NCBI RefSeq assembly: GCF_009914755.1
Contig: NC_060929.1
Direction: 5' to 3' (one strand)
Source of the DNA: the human T2T-CHM13v2.0 reference genome, Homo sapiens
DNA: 64,000 nt
Below the pieces are notes generated by a model that was not told where the DNA came from, did not search any database, and was given only the letters and a program-made list of their open reading frames with translations. The stretch's first letter is position 1, and each line of letters begins with the position of its first letter. A program made the translations under genes and the position numbers. This document shows positions 30,379-46,229 of the stretch, piece after piece.

Positions 30379-32137
30379 GAAAATGTGTAGACTGAGCATG
30401 TTTGTGTGAAGCAAACTGTGTTCTGCATTTTCTATGTTACAGATGAGGAAACTAAAGCTTAAGAAGATGAATTGTCCTAATGTCATATATTTAGTACATA
30501 GACCATGAAGCTGGTAATCAAGCCCACACTTTCTAATTCAGAGTTTCCAGACCTCAAAAATTCTATGTAATAATATATCTGCCAAAATGCACTTCCCCTT
30601 GTCTCCCATTTCATGCCTCTTCTTTCTTCCATAGCATAATCTTATATGAAAACAGTGTTTCTGTAGCAATGAAAAATATTCCTAAATTATGTCAATACAT
30701 ATTTTCAAATAGTGAAGTGTGACCATTCTTTCAAAAACATTTTCACTTTTTCTGAGATGGAAAAGACACCCGGAAATGTATTTCTTCATCAACAGGTAAA
30801 TTGAAAAGTAATGTCAGATACCCATGGTGTTACACTAAATTATTCCCTTTCCTTTCCTAAGGCAAATGTTCTAATCAGCCTCATGCCACATAAGTCTAAC
30901 ACCACTCTGCCCCATGGTATTGAATTAACCTTTACCTGACATTTCTGGGTAATCATTTTGGGAGCCATCCAATAAATCATTTAATAAAATGAAAGTAAAA
31001 TAGCCTTCCAGAAAGTGCATGTGCTCATTTTAAGTACTTCTAAATGGAGGCAATTGCACTCAACAACAAAAATAGCTCTTTGTACCAACAAACACAAATG
31101 AGTGGACTGGCCTTCTACAAAGGCAACAAGGAGGCATCTGGCCATGAACCAGAATGGACTTCTTAATGACATCCTCAAACAAGGACAACTATGCCTGTGG
31201 GGTTTTCTTCCCTGTCCTCACCTCCATCTGTGGCTACTGAACTTTGGCAATTCATCAGAAAAACAGATTGCATTTGCAAGGAGATTGCATCACTGTCTGG
31301 TAGAATAACTGATAAGCTAAATGGTGAGGAATTTTTGCTATCTCCTAAGATAAGCTGCCTTTTGGGAAGAGAAGTTGGCACCTACTTTATAATACAGAAA
31401 TGGATGGAGAGTCACCTTGAAGATAATTTTGCCTCTATAAAAGGTTATTCGGATGCCTTATTTAGTTACGACAGTGTAAAGAAGTGGGCACCCATTGTTA
31501 TGTTTTTGAGTACCTTAGCCAATCTGTTTCATTCCTTGATATTCCAAGTTGATTTCTCAGAATAAGTGAACCGATATGCCTAAGAAGGTGAGAGTCTGTG
31601 AGAGAAAAAGGAGTTATGCCTGAAATCCTGATCTTTGAGACCTGAAGTTAGAAAAACCTGGAGGAGTGGTCCAGAATAGCTTCAACCAAGGCCCAGTGGT
31701 AAGACAAGAAATAAGATAATGAGCCTTTTGAATAATGAGGCTTTTAAGCTGGCATCCCTGCCTCAACACAGTGTCTGTGAGATTGTAGGGAAGGGCAGAT
31801 TTATTAGGAAAAAAAATAGTTTGTGGCTGATTCTTCCTCTTGAATAGTAGTTTTTTATTTACTGGGTTATCAGATGAAAAGATTTGCCATTTTACTATGA
31901 TGTGACCTTTGAACACTCACACAGGCCTTGAAAACATTTTATGTGATAATAATTGGCTTGAGAGAGCCGTGTAGTTAATGGTTCTGAAAGAAAGCACAGA
32001 ATAGTGGTCACTTAGGAATTTCCCTTCAACCACAACAAAATGAAGATGCTCAGTATTCAGAAAAAGGCTAGACATTCATTTGCATTCCATAAAATAAGGG
32101 AAAAGTTTGCATTTCTCTGAAGTGTATACATCTAGAT

Positions 32138-32351
32138 CAGTGGTTTTCAACTGGGAACTATTTTGCACCACTTCCTTGAGATACTGGCAACACCTGGAGA
32201 TATTGTTTGTCATAATGGGGAGCTGAGATTGGCATCTAATGGGTAGAGGCCAGGGATCCTGTGAATCATCCTACAATGCACAGGTCAGCCCTCCTCATAT
32301 AAAATTATTATCTGTTCGAAATGTTAATAGTGCTGAGGTTGAGAAACCCTG
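32138..32351. mobile_element. MER20 hAT-Charlie element
   Basis: TIRs cagtggttttcaac / gttgagaaaccctg and core ggcatctaatgggtagaggccagggat. Confidence 0.9.
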
Positions 32352-34269
32352 AGATAGATCAAAAAGGATCATCTCAATTGCACTGAAAGTCATCCTCAGA
32401 TCTCATTACAAACTGAGAAAGTCAATTAATTCAAGAACTGGTAAAACTTTGTAATCTTTTTATTTCTCAGACAGCTGGCTAATTTCTTCATCCCAGGAAC
32501 ACATTCATCAAGCCCACTGCAGAGAAACTCTTCAGTTGCATTTTCCTACATAATTCCAAATACATATGGATATTCTGGGGGAATCCAGGGGAAGCTTTTG
32601 AGAATTTTATCTATGTTTAAAGTGACAAGCAATATTACTCTATAGCGCATTATGGGGAATTTTGTATACTTGGCACTTTAGCAAAATAGAATGAACAACC
32701 AAACAATATTCCAATAAAAATCCAGTATTCTTATGTAATATCTAGCTGAAGCTCTAGGCCACATAAACTGGGCTGTTCTCTGATCTGTAATTTAACATGA
32801 AGAGTGTGGAGTCTGATCAGGAATTAAATGTTTTGGATCCCAGTCTCTTTCAAATTAACTACCACTGTGCAATAAAGGTTCATATAACTCACCTATGATT
32901 AATTATTGGATTAATTATTGTATTTATCTATGGGACTTATTGTGAAAATTAAATTAATTGTGCATATCAAAATATTTAGGAAACTAACAGCTTAACAATA
33001 AATGTAAATAATAGTGACTTTGCTTCAAAATAACTCACAAAAGTATCACAAGATGGAACTTGACTGAGAGAGGCATTTTTGAGAATTTTCTGTATTCAAA
33101 GTGTCTCTTGTGGAAATTTTGTCCTTCAATATGACATTAATTTAAACCATTAAGTTACTGAAAGACAGGGGAAAAGCTTATGTATAGCTTCATGCTAATT
33201 CTGAATCAAGGCATTTTGTTAATATCAATTTTAAGAAAAAGCTGTGTCATTAAGAATAGTCACAGTTATCCAGGATTTCCACGGTTTTACTACTATAGGA
33301 TTTTAACTGTTGGATGGCCAATTATTTCAGCATTTTGAAATCTCGCTTATAGAAATAAATATAAACATGAAAAATAATGAAGACATGAAAAGCAACATAA
33401 TTTTTCTGGAAATCACAAATTCATGTATCTAAAACAAAGCACAATAAAACAAAACAATAAATATATAAATAGATATAAGCCATATATAATTTAAAGGTGA
33501 ATAACTGAGTGAGTCCTAAACTTCTTAATGAAATATTTTTAGGGAATATATGTACCTAATTTAACAGGAAACATACATAGCTACTCAGTAGTCTCACAGT
33601 ACCTATCCATGCTATAGCATTAATCACATTTGACTCATAACCTTTCTAGCTTGAAGCCAACAATACACTCTGTTCAGTTATAGACCAATGGCTTATAGAC
33701 ATACATAACTTATTATCCTAAGTGGGTAACTAAAACTTTTATAGCCTTCAAATGATTTACATTTTCCCATGCCTGACCTGCTACACATGACATGCTCTTG
33801 GTATTAGAGATAAGATTTTGGCTTTGTTTTTCCTCTTGGACATTAGTGAAAGAATCGTATAGAAGCTATACAAGGCAAGAAGAAAAGCAGCCTTGTGATG
33901 GGGTTTGTCTAATATAACTTTTATGCTGCAATATCACATTATCAATAAACTAAACTCACATGCTTTAAGAAGCAATGCTCCATGTTATATCTTAGAAAGC
34001 TTAAAATTCTCCACAGGTCTCATCAAAAACTAAAGAGGAAGGAAAAGGGGAAAAAGAAAATTATGCAAAGAATTTCAAGCTAATAAAGTTTGTGGAATAT
34101 GGTAGGTAATGAATAATGTTAACTGTATTTAATACCGTTACAGAAGTTTAGAGTATCATTTAAATTCCTTCATTTCCTGGAAGTAGAATATAGATTATAA
34201 AATAATTTTTCTCATAAACTTCCAACCTCACTCCTAATATCTCCATGAAGGTTAACATTATCTCACTAT

Positions 34270-34565
34270 GGCCGGGCGCAGTGGCTCGCGCCTGTAATCC
34301 CAACACTTTGGGAGGCTGAGATGGGTGGATCGCCTGAGGTCAGGAGTTCAAGACCAGCCTGCCCAATATGGTGAAACCCTGTCTCTACTAGAAATGCAGA
34401 AAATTAGCTGAGCATGGTGGCGGGCGCCTGTAGTCCCAGTTACTTGGGAGGCTGAGGCAGGAGAAATCACTTGAACCCAGGAGGCAGAGGTTGCAGTGAG
34501 CTGAGATCGCGCCACTGCACTCTGGCCTGGGTGACAAGAGCAAAACTCCATCTCAAAAAAAAAAA
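34270..34565 (+). mobile_element. AluSq/Sp-like element
   Basis: Full dimer with gacaagagcaaaactcc. TSD aacattatctcactat/aaaattatctcaatat. Confidence 0.95.
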
Positions 34566-35455
34566 TTATCTCAATATGTGGGAATTCCCTGTAGCAAATT
34601 ACTTTACATACTTGTTTAAATATAGTTTTTAAATATAGAGAGCATTAGTTGACAATTGGAAACACAGTATATACAGAATAATTTTATTTTAATTATATGG
34701 CTAGAGAGTATGTGTTATTTGTTGTTCATATCTTTCTTTTGGCAGCCTTCTCTCCTGTACTCCATGTAATCTGGGGAACTAAGATCAAGAACTGTTAGGA
34801 TGGCATAAATATAACTCTTTAGGGAGCCTGCCTTTGCCCTCACATGAAAAGAGTATGTCTGAGAATGAAGGCAACTAGAAGAAATGGGGTGCCAAAGAGA
34901 GAGAGAGATTCAGGCATTACAGTTTCTAATTATTCCTAACAAAGATTTCAATCTTAATTTTAAAGAGCTATGAATCTACTGAAGAGAATCAATCAGGAGG
35001 CAAGAATGATCATATTTACACATGGCAAAGATCATGCTAGCCACCGTACAGGACATAGTTTGGAAGAAAAAAAAAAACGTGAGTTAGTGTGTGAATTCCA
35101 TTTCTGAGGTTATCATTGGCATCCAGGCAAGAAATCAAGGCATCTCTTCTTTTAAGTGTTTCCTGGTCAATATCAAATCTGATCAAGTGTTCGTCCCCAG
35201 CCCCTAAGTACTCTAATGATACCTTGTATACTTCCTTCTTCATAGGTATCACAACAATACAGTTTTTGTCTTATAAAGATTTTTCAATGCCTGCTTTCCC
35301 ACTAGACTCACACATGAGTGCAGGAATTTTATCAGTTGTATTTACCTCTTTTAACCCCTGTACATGGAAGAGTACTCAGTACAGAGGTGATGCCAAATAA
35401 ATATTTGTGGAATGAACAAGTGAATGATCAAATGAACAAGAATTGACACTAACAG

Positions 35456-35756
<301 letters not shown>

Positions 35757-35858
35757 TTAAAAAAAATTGACAATGTTATTGGCCTTAGAAACATAGTTTT
35801 ACTAAAAATGTTAATTATGTACACATGAGAAATAGAGGTAAAATTAATATGTGGCTGA

Positions 35859-36303
<445 letters not shown>

Positions 36304-39269
36304 CACAAACACTTTAACAAAGAGAAAATTAGTAGAAGTTGCTGGAGAGTGAAAAAGAGTTGGATAAGATATAGGGCAGGTCCTTTGGCTACTAAGTAAA
36401 AATGTTGCCTACAAACCAAGTCTCCATCAGTGTAAGATCCTAAAGGAAGCTACAATATCATCTTCCTAATAATCTGATATGTTTTCCTACATTTTAGCTC
36501 ATCCTTCAGTAAACTGGCTGGATAATAAAGAAATGGTATTCTTCGAAAAATAACTACAGCCGTAATTGAATTTTTCGCTCCCTTTCTGCCACCAGTAAGG
36601 AGACTATTGTTCATGGTGCTGAAACTTCAAAGACAGATGACTAAACTTTCTGAAGGCATAAACACAATCTTCGTTCTTCTTTCTGATGCATGACCACAGG
36701 CTATTAAGTTTGTTTCTGGATTCATAATGAGCCTCTCCTACTGACTTAGTGAGATAAGGTAGATTTTAATTACTTAGTTTCAGGTTCTGAAATCACATTG
36801 AGCACAAACCAGCACAGAATCAAATCATGTTGTGACTGACTAATCTGTCAAGCAATACTGAGTCATAATTTAGAAAAGGTTATATTTTGCATGCACTATT
36901 TAGATTTTCCATAATATGCCATTAATAAGAAATTTTATATGATTTGAAAATCTGCTTAAGGTAATATATCTCATCTTTGCATTAAGAAAGCATATGCTAT
37001 ATTTCTCCTGTGATTTTTTAAAAATACATTTGATTCTACATAAAAGTAATGTGATGAATTCTTTTCACATTTGTTTCTTAGATTATATGTTTTGGTTTAT
37101 ATAAAATCTGAAAGCATAGTTGCAACAACAGCTGACAAATGAGATGGACAGACTGTAAATGCATTGTGGGAAAGGTACATGAGGCCAAAATTGCTGACTG
37201 TACTATTTCTATGCTCCCTACTTAGCTTCAAAGATGAGCCAGTTTCTGGAGTCGAAATAATTTTCATTTATTTTCAATGGTTAACATGATTATTATTCAC
37301 TAACAAAGAAAAGTAATTCATCCTTTTTTATTTAGTTATAACTAAGCTACTTTCTTATTATAGAGCTCTAAATTCAGTTAGCAAATGTCCTTTTGAGCTC
37401 TGGATGGAAATTACTTAGGCTGAATTTCTAATATCATGAAGATAAATAAGCATTTAAGTGGGTATGACACATGCTTTTAAGTAAATGTCCTGTGAAAAAT
37501 TATTTTCTTGTAATTAATTATCTTCCCCAGAAGAGATAAAAAAAAATTTTTATTTGGATAAAATCGAGGACATTGTTTATTTGGATTATGGCTCAGTTTC
37601 AAACACAAATATATGTCACATTAAGATCTCATTTCTATATGAAAGGAAAAGAGTAAAAGTTATCTGATAGTTAAATGAATTCTTTACAACAACCTAGACA
37701 ATATTTGGAAACAGATGTTGAAATTCTATGAAGAAAATTTAATACTGTGAAACCTTATCACATGCTGTTCTTGTTCATGCTCTATGACCATTTGATGGGG
37801 AAATTAATTAATTTAAATAACATCTATGAGTACTTTAGAAACTCAGTGAATCCTTTGGAACATAATCAATTCTTTTTTATTTTCATTAAGCCTTGAGAAA
37901 GTCTATGCTTATTTATCAATATTTGAGCTCTTTTCCTGCACTGTGTTGAGGGGTCCACAAAAGAACAAAAAAAGCACCTTATATCTCTAGGGCTCTCTAG
38001 AGCTTGCAAAGGGATGTCACTACATTTCACTTAACACACTTGATAAAAAGTAAGGTAACTCACTGGAAAACAGATTCAGGAGAGATTGTTATTTTTCCAA
38101 GTTCAGAAAGATAGTGTCAGAATTGGGACTTCAACCTGGGATTTCTGACAATAGGTCCAGCATGTTTTCCTACAGGTGTTGTCTAACACGACACTTGACC
38201 TAAAGAGTATACTAATTGAAAACGAAATATAAACATATATGGAAAAGTTAAATTAGAAATTAAGCACCATGTTACAGAGGCAAAATAAATGATCTGAACT
38301 AAATCATTGACTTATACTAAATAACCACTGATATAAACTGACAAGGAAAGAATATTGGACCCTGAGGTGGCTTTATTTTATTAGAAAAAAAAAACCTAAC
38401 AATTAGAGAATTACAAATAACTTTTTAAAATTTCAGTTTTGGACTTGGAAAATTTCATTGCAACTTTCATAAAGGAAAATCAAAGAATCTTTTATTTGAC
38501 CAAAGAAACTAACTAAAGGCAATGTATACTATATAAGGCAAAAATGTGATCTTCCAGAAGCTGTAGACATCTAAAATACTATTCTCTATATTTCCCAGTA
38601 GATGACAATTCTATAGAAATACTGCATGTGCTATTGTTTTGTTCTTGATAAGCTTTGGAATAGTATAGGGTGGATTAATATTTGCTGCCATACACATCGA
38701 AGTGGAAGATGGAAATTAAATTTCTGAAACATTTCCAAATGTGCTTATAGTCCACATTTTGAGAGCAGTTCAACCACTATTTGCCTACGCTCTTAATTTT
38801 CTTCCTAATGATAACCTTTAATGGTAGAATCATCCCCAAATTGCTTGGGTCAGAAGAAATTATGTTGCATTTGATAATTCAATTAATTTGTTTACTTAAT
38901 GACCTGGCTTATAAATATAATGAGGAAATGAAACCACTGGCTAATTTACCATCAAACGTATGGTAGATACATTCCTATTTTTGACCCATAGTCTGCTAAA
39001 ACTATAAAGAATTATATGAACTGGGCTGACTCTCTAGAAAGTTGCAAATTGAATAATACGGGTTCTTGCTGAGAAGGAAAGAAAAAAACACAGGTTTTCA
39101 TTAAAAGAGAAAAAGGAAAGCACTTAGTGTGAATAAACCTAGAATTTACATGGCTATTTTTTTTAGCAACTCAAATAAATCTGAGCAAAAGAGAAATTGT
39201 CTACAAAGTAAGTGGACTGTATGAGATAGACCCACTATAAAATTTATTTCTGCTCTTAAAAAACTATGG

Positions 39270-39470
39270 TCAAAAATAATTTAACTGTACATTTAAAAAT
39301 AACTGAAAGAGTATTACTGGGTTGTTTGTAACAAAGGATAAGTGCAGGAAGTGATGGATACCCCATTTACCTGATGTAATTATAAAACACTGCATGCTTA
39401 TATCAAAATATCTTCTGTAACCCATAAATATATACACCTAATACGTACCCACGAAAATTAATAATTTTTA
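39270..39470 (+). mobile_element. L1MA 3'UTR fragment
   Basis: gtgatggataccccatttac...cccataaatatatacacc. Confidence 0.8.
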
Positions 39471-42227
39471 ATGTAGATGTTACTTTTTAAAAGTTTTTTA
39501 TCATAAGACTATTCTGATTGCAAGAAGCAAAGTACATTTCAAATTAGCTTACACTAAATAAATAAATAAGCTTATAAGGGGTGAGCCTAATTCAAAACTG
39601 AAGAATGAATGAGAGAAAAGTCAATTAAGAGAAGGTTACTACAATAATCTGAAAGAGAGATAATGGTGTCCTCCAGTGGTGTATTAGTGGAGGAGATGGC
39701 TAGAAATGAAAAGGCAAAGAGATACCTTTGATGCAGAAATGACAGATCTTAATTGTTGGGTGTTGAGATATGTACAATGAGGGAAGTGACCAGGAAAATT
39801 TGTTTTTGTTCTTGTTATTTTGTTTTGTGTGTTTTCTTCTATTGCTTTTATAATTTTACTGTCACATTTAAATCGCTAAGTCACAGATTATATAAGTTGA
39901 AGGGAAACACACATAACACAACTTTTAAAAAGAAAAAAGTCTCCCACAGATCGGGAGGTGTATCATGAATTGAGGAGTATTATCATGTCAGTTCTGAGCA
40001 TCTGAGGGCTTAAAAATAAAGTGCAATAAAACAAAAAGTTTTCAATAGAGAATTAATAAGTAATTATAACAAACAGTCTGTATTTACATTCATGCAGTTA
40101 AGCCATATCTCAGATAGTTACACCCTGCAGTTGAAAAAGGCCATAGAGATTACCTACTAGTTCCATCTCTATTTTGAATAAAGACACTGACTTTCAAAGA
40201 AGTCAGTTATTAATAGCTAATATGACACAACATGATGTTAGCAGAGTTGAGACAGCCTTGTTTTCCCAATGATCCAATCAATGTTTCTTATACTCTTCCA
40301 TTTTATTCATTCATTCATTGTTATTCTGGCATGTACTATGTCAAGAAAAGGCACATGTTAGATGTTATAGAGAAGGCCGAAAGTATGTCCTTGTGGCCAA
40401 CACTCTACAGTTATATTCAGAACACCATAATAAGTATACAAAAGTATACTACAAGAAAACATGGAAGGTCCAAACAAGTGTTTGGATATAGCTTTTGAGT
40501 TCAAATGAGAAAAAAAATAAAGCCATGGTTAATAATTCTTGCCAAGCACGTTAGTAAATGCTTTACAGATCTTTTCTCATGTAATCTTCACTACGCAACT
40601 CACAAAACAGTTATTATTAAACCCCATTTACAGATAAAGACACACTGAGAGTAACTTAGTAATGTACAAAAGATAGCATAGCGGCTAAATATTCAAATCA
40701 TGGCAGTGACTCTAATCATCGTATTGCACTGCTCACCTACAGTAGTAGGAAGGATGAAAAAATTTTGGAGAGAACATGAGATGCATAGGACAAAAAGTAT
40801 GCATAGTACTTCCAATTATGAGAAAAAGGAGCAATATCATGGGTAAAAAAAGCATATTGTAAGTATTCACAGAGATGGCAAACTGCATGTGTGTTTGTAG
40901 AACAGAATTAGAAAATTACGATGGAAAGGTAGGAAGGGCCAAATAGTCAAAGGGATTGAGTACCAAGGTAAATTGTTGGGTTTTATATTGTGAGCAGTGG
41001 GAGATATCAAACCTTTCTGAGCATAGGAGATGCATATTCAAAACAGGTTTTTACGAACATTAATAGTAGTGCTTTTATTTCTTTTAAAATGACATACTCT
41101 TGCATATTTTAAAAGCAAAAAACAAAACAAAAAGACCTAAGAAAGCACTGAAATATTTTGAAAACCAGGACAGCAACCAGACTAGAAATAATAACTAGCC
41201 AGATTTGTTTAAAAAGTCCTCATCACCAATTATAACACACCAGATTTGCTTTTTTACCAGCTGAGAAAAAAAAAATGCCCTCACTTCCACTGTTTGTTTT
41301 TACTCATTGGCACCATTTTCAATCATAATTACATTCAATAATATTTTGAATAATTGAAATGTTGATTCTTAGTTACCCAAAACTCTTGGTTTTTGTTATA
41401 GTATGAAATTATTGAGGATTGACTCTACTTACCAAAGGAATCCCTAAGTAAAATATACGGTTGGAATATTTATCCAAAATCCAACTTGAATTATACATGT
41501 TCCAAATACTTCCCATTGTAAAGGACCCTTCTTCTGCATGCATAAATTGCTGAGAAATCAGCACATATTTTATGGTAAAAGATAATGTAATCAAGTGACC
41601 GGCAGCCCATTTAAATACCAAAATATTATTCATGTATAAGAATACTTTGCGCAAAGAATCTGTATGACTTATTTTTAACAAGGGAAAAAAAAGAATACAC
41701 AGTAAAAGGAAATTTTCTATAATGTGAGTGGACTGGGCAAAATAGACCTTTCTAAAGAGTCTCCTTCCTCCCTCCAAAAAAAAGAAAAAAATAGAACACC
41801 TATTCTGAGCATTTCTTCAATCCTACACTCAGTCAAGTCGTAATGACTCTACTGGTAGCTTGAAATTGGCCATTTGGGAAGAACATACAGCAGAGATATC
41901 AGTAAATGCAACAAATCTGGGCAGTTTTTTATTCCAGAGCCAATTTTCCAATACATAACTAATTATAAATGTTCCAAATGTTTTCTTGATTCAGGAACCT
42001 TGATTCTTGTGAAAATATTTGAGAATTTGATGACTGAAATAGAAATCTTATAGAGGACATTTGAAATATAAAAACCAGTTATGTTTTATTTTTTAAAGAA
42101 CAGAAGTCTTCTAAGATGTATCATTTTCCCTTTGTCATAGGAAGGCTCCCAAAATGTTTTGCCATTCACTAAATATTTTTGAGGCTATTAATGAGAATGC
42201 TCCTTAAATCTAATAGTCTTCTCCACT

Positions 42228-42402
42228 TGTTCTCAAATACTAAAATGCTGATGCTTGTTAAAACACAAACTCCTGAGCTGCACACACTCCGAGAATTTCT
42301 AATTCTGTAGATTTGGGTTGGTGGTCAAGAATGTGCATTTTTAACAAGTTTCTGGATGATGCATATGCTCCTGGTTTAGGCCTCATACTTTGAAAACCAT
42401 TG
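42228..42402. mobile_element. MER5A
   Basis: aagaatgtgcatttttaacaagtt...ctttgaaaaccattg. Confidence 0.8.
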
Positions 42403-42501
42403 GATACTTAACCATATTTTATTAGCAACTAGAAAATTTGCCCTTAATAATATAAAATATTTTAACTTTCTGATGAAAATCATTTTAAAAGGTAATGGTC
42501 A

Positions 42502-42802
42502 GGCTGGGCACAGTGGCTCACACCTTTGTTCCCAGCACTTTGGGAGGCGAGGCGGGCCATATTGCTGGAGTCCAGGAGTCCAGCCTGGGCAACATGGTGA
42601 AACCCCATCTCTACTAAAAATACAAAAATTAGCCCAATGTGGAGGTGCATGCCTATAGTCCCAGCTACTGGGGAGGCTGAGGCAGGAGAATCACTTGAAC
42701 TCAGGAGGCAGAGGTTGCAGTATGTTGAGATTGCACCACAGCACTCCAGCCTAGAAGACAGAGTGAGACTCTGTCTTAAAAAAAAAAAAAAAAAAAAAAA
42801 AA
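42502..42802 (+). mobile_element. Old Alu (J/Sz)
   Basis: Full dimer with poly-A. TSD aaaa(g)gtaatggtc. Confidence 0.93.
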
Positions 42803-42940
42803 GTAATGGTCTACATTCTTCAGAATTACTTACCAGACATAATTTAGTATTTCTTAAGAGATCTCTGGGCCATTAAGTCATCATTTAGATATCAGTTCTC
42901 ATTTTTCGTCAGTATTTGAAAATCTAGCCTTGGACTTTGT

Positions 42941-43038
42941 GTCTCTTTCTCTGTCTCTCTCTCTCTCTCTCTCCCTGCTCCCAAACACACAAACAGACAC
43001 ATACACACAGACACACACACACACAGACACACACACAC
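42941..43038. repeat. Compound (TC)n/(AC)n microsatellite, imperfect
   Basis: Visible directly. Confidence 0.9.
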
Positions 43039-44405
43039 CAAATCTGTTTTGTATTTATTATTGTCCCTTTAAGTTGAAGCAATGCCACTTCACTTTTCAT
43101 AACTTAACTTTTTGCCCCAAAAGTAGAAATATCCATTTTTCTTTCTTAGGGTTGTTGTGTGAACCAAGTACATAATGCTGGTATATGTTGAGCAATACAA
43201 TTGACAATGCTCAAGTATTCAAAGATATACTATAATAGTGAATCTGATTTTTATTTGAAAACTGAATTACTTTGCAAAACAAATAGGAAAGATAAAATAG
43301 CTATAAAAAATGTCAGAGGACCTTATTTAAACATCTTGAATCTTATTTTAAATACAGCATTATACATACCTCAAAGAATGCCCATCTATGAGTTTATTCA
43401 CTTATATATCATTAAACTAATATTTATTGAGTGCCTAATATATATCAGGTACTGTGTACTGGGAATATAGCACTGAAAAAAAAAAAAGAAAGACCAGTGT
43501 CATGACTCTTAAAGAGTCTACTAGGGCATACAGATATTAATCAAATAATCATGTTAGTGAACTTTTCAGTTAAGGGTGAATAATTTATCCAAAGTAAATT
43601 AGATAAATTCATTTTTAGGGCTACTGTGGGTACACATTGTAAATAATAACTGACCTACATTTGAGAATCAAAGAAATAGTCCAAAAGGAAATGATAATCT
43701 CATGCTGAAAATAATCTCGTGCTGAAATCTGGAGAATTAACAGGAGTTAACTAGGCAAAAAGAAAACAGTGTTCCACAAGGAGGAAGCACTGCACAGAGC
43801 CCTGGGGTGAGTGAGAGGATGCTAGAGTGTTGAAAGCTATGAGAGACAGTATAATAGCCCTGGTAGTAGGAAGGGAGTAGAGAGAAAGATTGAGGAAAAA
43901 GTGAGCAGGTAAGGCTGGAGAGATCATGATAAGAATTTTACCAGGCTAAGAATTTTAATTACCTTAAGAACAATAGAAAGGCAAGGGTAGGTTATAAGAA
44001 GTAGAAAGAGATATATAAACAGATTTGTGTAAAATATCACTACCTTGGTTGCTTTAGATATACTAAATTGAATAAAATGCATGGCTAAATTAATTTCACT
44101 ATTTTTTCCTCTTCTAATATGCCTCCTAGAAAACTTAAAATTTTATGTGTGGCTCTCACATTTCACATAGAAAGTCTTAAATATACTTTATTTTTCTCTA
44201 TTGCTTTGGGCAAGGCATATGAGAAAAAGTCAACAAACAATTGTTTGTTCTTATTATGTAAGATTTTTAAAAAATTCTAAGTACTACTAAACATTTAGAT
44301 ATTTATAAACTATGTATGAATCACACCATAGGAACTTATATGCATAATTCAGACCCCACGCTTAGATATTCAGCCCAAAGCAGTAGAAAAAAATATTCCA
44401 GGATA

Positions 44406-44700
44406 GTATTGCCCATCAAATATAATAAGAGCCATCTGTAAAATTTTAAGTTTTCTAGTGGTCACATAAGAAAACTAAAAAGTTAAATTAATTTAATATT
44501 TTATTTAACCCCATAAATCTAAAATCTTATTTCAACATTCAATCAATATATAATTATTGAGATATTTTCCATTTCTTTTCTAGTATTACGTTTGGAATCC
44601 AGTGTTTTTCTGACTCTCACAGTGTATCTCATCTCAGAGTATTCACATTTTGAATGCTCAATACCTTCATGACTAGTGGCTGCTGTATCACACACCACAG
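44406..44700. mobile_element. MER33 hAT element
   Basis: ttttctagtggtcacat...tgctcaatacc...ctagtggctgctgtat. Confidence 0.75.
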
Positions 44701-45432
44701 CACTAGGAGGTGGTGGTTCTGGTATCTTATTCTCCTAACACTAACCAATTTGGTGACCTTAAAAAAGTCACAATCTTTAGGTTTCCTTTTGTCATCTATG
44801 ACATAGGCATAATATTCATTTTATCTGCCTCAAAAAGCTACAATAATAAATTTAAAAACAATTCAATATATTTGAATATTCAACTCAATAGCTCACATTA
44901 TTAAGAATGATTTCCATCTTACTTTACTTTCATGATTTTTATACCTTCAAAATTAATAATAAAAACAAACACCAAAAAGGATTACTACTACTAAAACAAA
45001 TATCTGTACTATTTGTACTGTGATAGCTTTAAAAATACATTAAATGTTGTTAGGCTTTCTATAAATTAAATTAGAACTCACACAAATGTCCCTTATGAAT
45101 GAAGTTATTAGCCAATTATTCAAAAAGAACATACATGGGCATTTTAATAAATTATAAATATCTAATGATGCTCTTGTGTAAATACTGGGCAGGTGCCTTG
45201 GCTATGAGAACCACAAGCATTTTCACCACTCAGGAAATTGATAATAGCCTAGATTAAGGAGGAAATTATGAAAAACAGTCCAGAATTTTAATTAACACTT
45301 AAACACGCTAAACTGAAATCACAATGACATAACAAATAATGCAGCAACTCCAGATTTATATATCTTTATAGAACTGCTGAAAAGTGAATTTATTAAATAA
45401 GGTGTTCAGTACCTTATTTTCTCAGATTATCC

Positions 45433-45741
45433 TTTTTTTTCATTTTTTAAAAAAGAAACAGGGCCTCATGCTCTGTCACTGCATCTGGAGTGCAATGGTA
45501 CAATCATAGTTCACTACAGCCTCAACTCCCGGGCTTGAAAAACCCTCCTGCCTCAGCCTCCCAACTGGCTGGGACTAGAGATGTGTAGCACTGCATGTGG
45601 CAAAATTTTTAAGAAAACTTTTGTAGAGATGGGGTCTCACTATGTTGCCCAGGCTGGTGTTGAACTTCTGGCCTCAAGTAATCCTCCCACTTCAGCCTCC
45701 CAAAGTGCTGGAATTACAGAAGCGAGCCAATGTGCCCAGCC
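45433..45741 (-). mobile_element. AluJ element
   Basis: atcatagttcactacagcctcaactcc and gtctcactatgttgccc J diagnostics. Confidence 0.92.
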
Positions 45742-46229
45742 CCAGATATCTCAATGGTATCCATTTGATACAAATGATTTTAATTACTTAGTTGTTATAT
45801 GCATCATGTGATATTCATCATAAGAAAACCTAAACAGGGTTTGAATTATTCCCAGTAACGCAAATGTGTCACTGTAACTAGTATTTTGTGTGCTAAGAGG
45901 GTTGGGTGTTCTGTCACTGGTATTCTTGAACTCTGGATCAAAACTTAAACCCCTATTGCATTTAGAGTTCAGTGCTAAGACTGGTATAATACCTCTCTAT
46001 AATTTTTTAAATCTGTTATAAATATCAGGCCACTTAGAAGAAAATTTAATACTGTAATCATTCTAGTGCCTTGCTAAAAGTACTACCACCTTTAACGATT
46101 CCCATTGTGGTAGATACTGCATGAATGTCTCTAATTCTTTGGTTTCTGTGCACCCATTTTGCTACATGATTTTCACTAATAATTACTGATGAGATTGAAT
46201 CTATACCCTTTCTCTTTTTGTGTACTTTT

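Noticed and set aside
31191-31565. 124-aa ATG ORF in unique DNA and an ATTGCATCA (ATF4-C/EBP) motif at 31284
   Set aside because: No recognisable homology or exon structure, and one 9-mer is expected by chance in 64 kb.
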